A DNA stretch of 64,000 nucleotides from Nemertoderma westbladi. Its lineage: Eukaryota > Animalia > Xenacoelomorpha. The notes under the pieces are model-generated. The model worked only from the letters and a program-made list of their open reading frames with translations, did no database searches and was not told the origin of the DNA. The DNA is taken from assembly GCA_032718475.1 (NCBI GenBank), contig JAUCBJ010008665.1, forward strand, positions 9,762-73,761, in the 5' to 3' direction. Shown here piece by piece: positions 62,057 through 64,000 of the stretch. The stretch's first letter is position 1, and each line of letters begins with the position of its first letter. The position numbers were made by a program, and so were the translations under genes.

Positions 62057-62554
62057 GTTTTGAGCGTTTATGTACCACCATTAGTTACACACAGCATCAT
62101 ACGTTAATACACGACCCCCAATGCTGTTATACACATCCCCACCCGTTAGAGGTTTTGAGCCTAAAGAGACGCCATAGACCTACTGCTAACCCGAGACACT
62201 CAAATCCTATGTGTGAAATCCGTTCAACTAATCCAACCAATCAGCAGACAGAGATCCTAGTTAAATAGACCTAATATTATACATCGCACTGTAATCTTAT
62301 AAATTATTGTTAGATAAAAGGAGTCATTATTCGAATCTTGATTGAACAATCACTTTATTCCTCCACGGCACGACCAACCGGTGTCAGAGTTACAGTAAAA
62401 CATCACAAGTTAAAACTTATTATTAACTTGTATCATTTTTCAACAGTCTCACTATAAAACCTGGCCCGGTTCCGATCCACGGAAAACCCCACCCTCTGCC
62501 CCAATGCTTATCTATGGGGAATAATTGACTGGGAGAAAAGTCACCCAAAAATAC

Positions 62555-63731
62555 CGATGTAGGACAATTCGGTCCCGGACAATTCGGTCCCGGACAATTC
62601 GGTCCGGACAATTCGGTCCCGGTCAATTCGGTCCCGGACAATTCGGTCCCAAAACACTAAATAAATGGGACCGAATTGTCCGGGACCGAATTGTCCGGGA
62701 CCGAATTGTCCTAGGACCGAATTGTCCTAGGACCGAATTGTCCGGGACCGAATTGTCCGGGACCGAATTGTCCGGTTCCTGATAGCAACGTTTTAGTGCT
62801 TTTTTGATATTGGTGAATGTTCTAGAACATTAGTAGAGATATTTGTTATGGTAGCTAGTGTTATTTACTTGCTATAATTTTTTGAAATTTAAAAATACTG
62901 TATTTTTTTTTATTTTTGTTATTGGTTAAGTGTTTGAGAACATTATTATATATTAGTTATTAAGGTGTAGCTAGTGTTTTTTTTTACTAGCTAGCATTTC
63001 CTTGAAATTATAAAAACACTTGTGAAAACATTGACATTTCAGAATTAGGCCTAAACTGTTGCTGATTATATTAATTGCCAACAATATTGTTGATATTATA
63101 ACAGTCCCTGAATGAGATCCATCTATTATCTAAGATAATAATTTAGACTTGTTAACCAACCAACAACACATACAGTATATACATACGCAATATATAAAAA
63201 AATCAATTTTAAAAATAAACATTTTAAATACATACTATTACTAGCTAGTAAATAATTCACAAGCTCCATAAAAACACCATAGCTACCATAAATAATAATG
63301 TTAACAAAAAAAAGTAAAATTTTTTTATTTTTAAATAAATACTAGCTAGTAAAAAAAAACACTAGCTATCTACCATATAATAATATATATTAAGGTTCTA
63401 GAACATTCACCATTATATAATACCAATTAAATTTGGTCCCGGACAATTCGGTCCTGGACAATTCGGTCCCGGACAATTCGGTCCCTTACTATTTGGTCCC
63501 GGACAATTCGGTTGCGGACAATTCGGTCCCGGACAATTCGGTCCCATTAATATGCATGTTTTGGGACCGAATTGTCCTAGTCAGTATCCGGACAATTCGG
63601 TCCCGGACAATTCGGTCCCGGACAATTCGGTCCCAAAACACAAAATTAATGGGACCGAATTGTCCGGGACCGAATTGTCCGGGACCGAATTGTCCGGACC
63701 GAATTGTCCGGGACCGAATTGTCCTGCTTCC
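62555..63731. mobile_element. Mutator-like (MULE) foldback non-autonomous element
   Basis: 9-bp TSD CAAAAATAC (62546-62554 and 63732-63740); imperfect TIRs; blocks of 15-bp GGACAATTCGGTCCC in both orientations at each end. Confidence 0.85.
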
Positions 63732-64000
63732 CAAAAATACCCTAAAAGTCCCGGCCCGTGCTTGGATTGTCCAATGAAAAAATATACCAGCCAAGGAAAC
63801 AAAACTTATAACTTTTGGACATGGGCTCGGCACGAACCTTGCTAATATTTAGATCTCATGGGGCGTTTGTTTCCATGGGAAACGATCAGGTTCCATAGGT
63901 GCGTTGGGCGTAAAAAAAAAACAATAAACTAAGTTAACCCCTAAAAACCCGGTCCTATATTGCCAATAAGCAATATACCATAAGTAATTTAGGCTTTAAT

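Overview
This is eukaryotic (most likely invertebrate animal) genomic DNA, not prokaryotic. The backbone is a + strand polycystin-1-family (PKD1L2/PKDREJ-like) gene. Nine exons (4465-61419) encode the PLAT domain, transmembrane segments and the start of the polycystin/TOP domain, and they join in phase. One 48.3-kb intron (10488-58801) holds nested mobile DNA: a CRE-like non-LTR element interrupted by a tRNA-Asn-primed Gypsy element, which is itself interrupted by a CACTA-type MITE; a Gag-protease-only BEL/Pao element with near-identical LTRs and an extra 3' ORF; a second CRE-like element; RTE LINE pieces (one carrying a piggyBac-type MITE); many minisatellites; and an intronless Ly6/uPAR-like nested ORF. 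The main observations are: (1) three splice sites of the host gene are tandemly amplified, one into 47 frame-preserving AG|GT junctions; (2) an unannotated, decayed intronless ORF encodes a WRN/EXD2-like DEDDy 3'-5' exonuclease plus three CCHC knuckles, with a hairpin minisatellite near its 5' end and a long stem-loop downstream; (3) a Ser/Pro repeat array lies inside a CRE RT palm; (4) both CRE-like elements start with a CXC-like domain, and two unrelated Gags carry PAM2-like motifs. All family calls come from motifs read by eye; no database searches were run.
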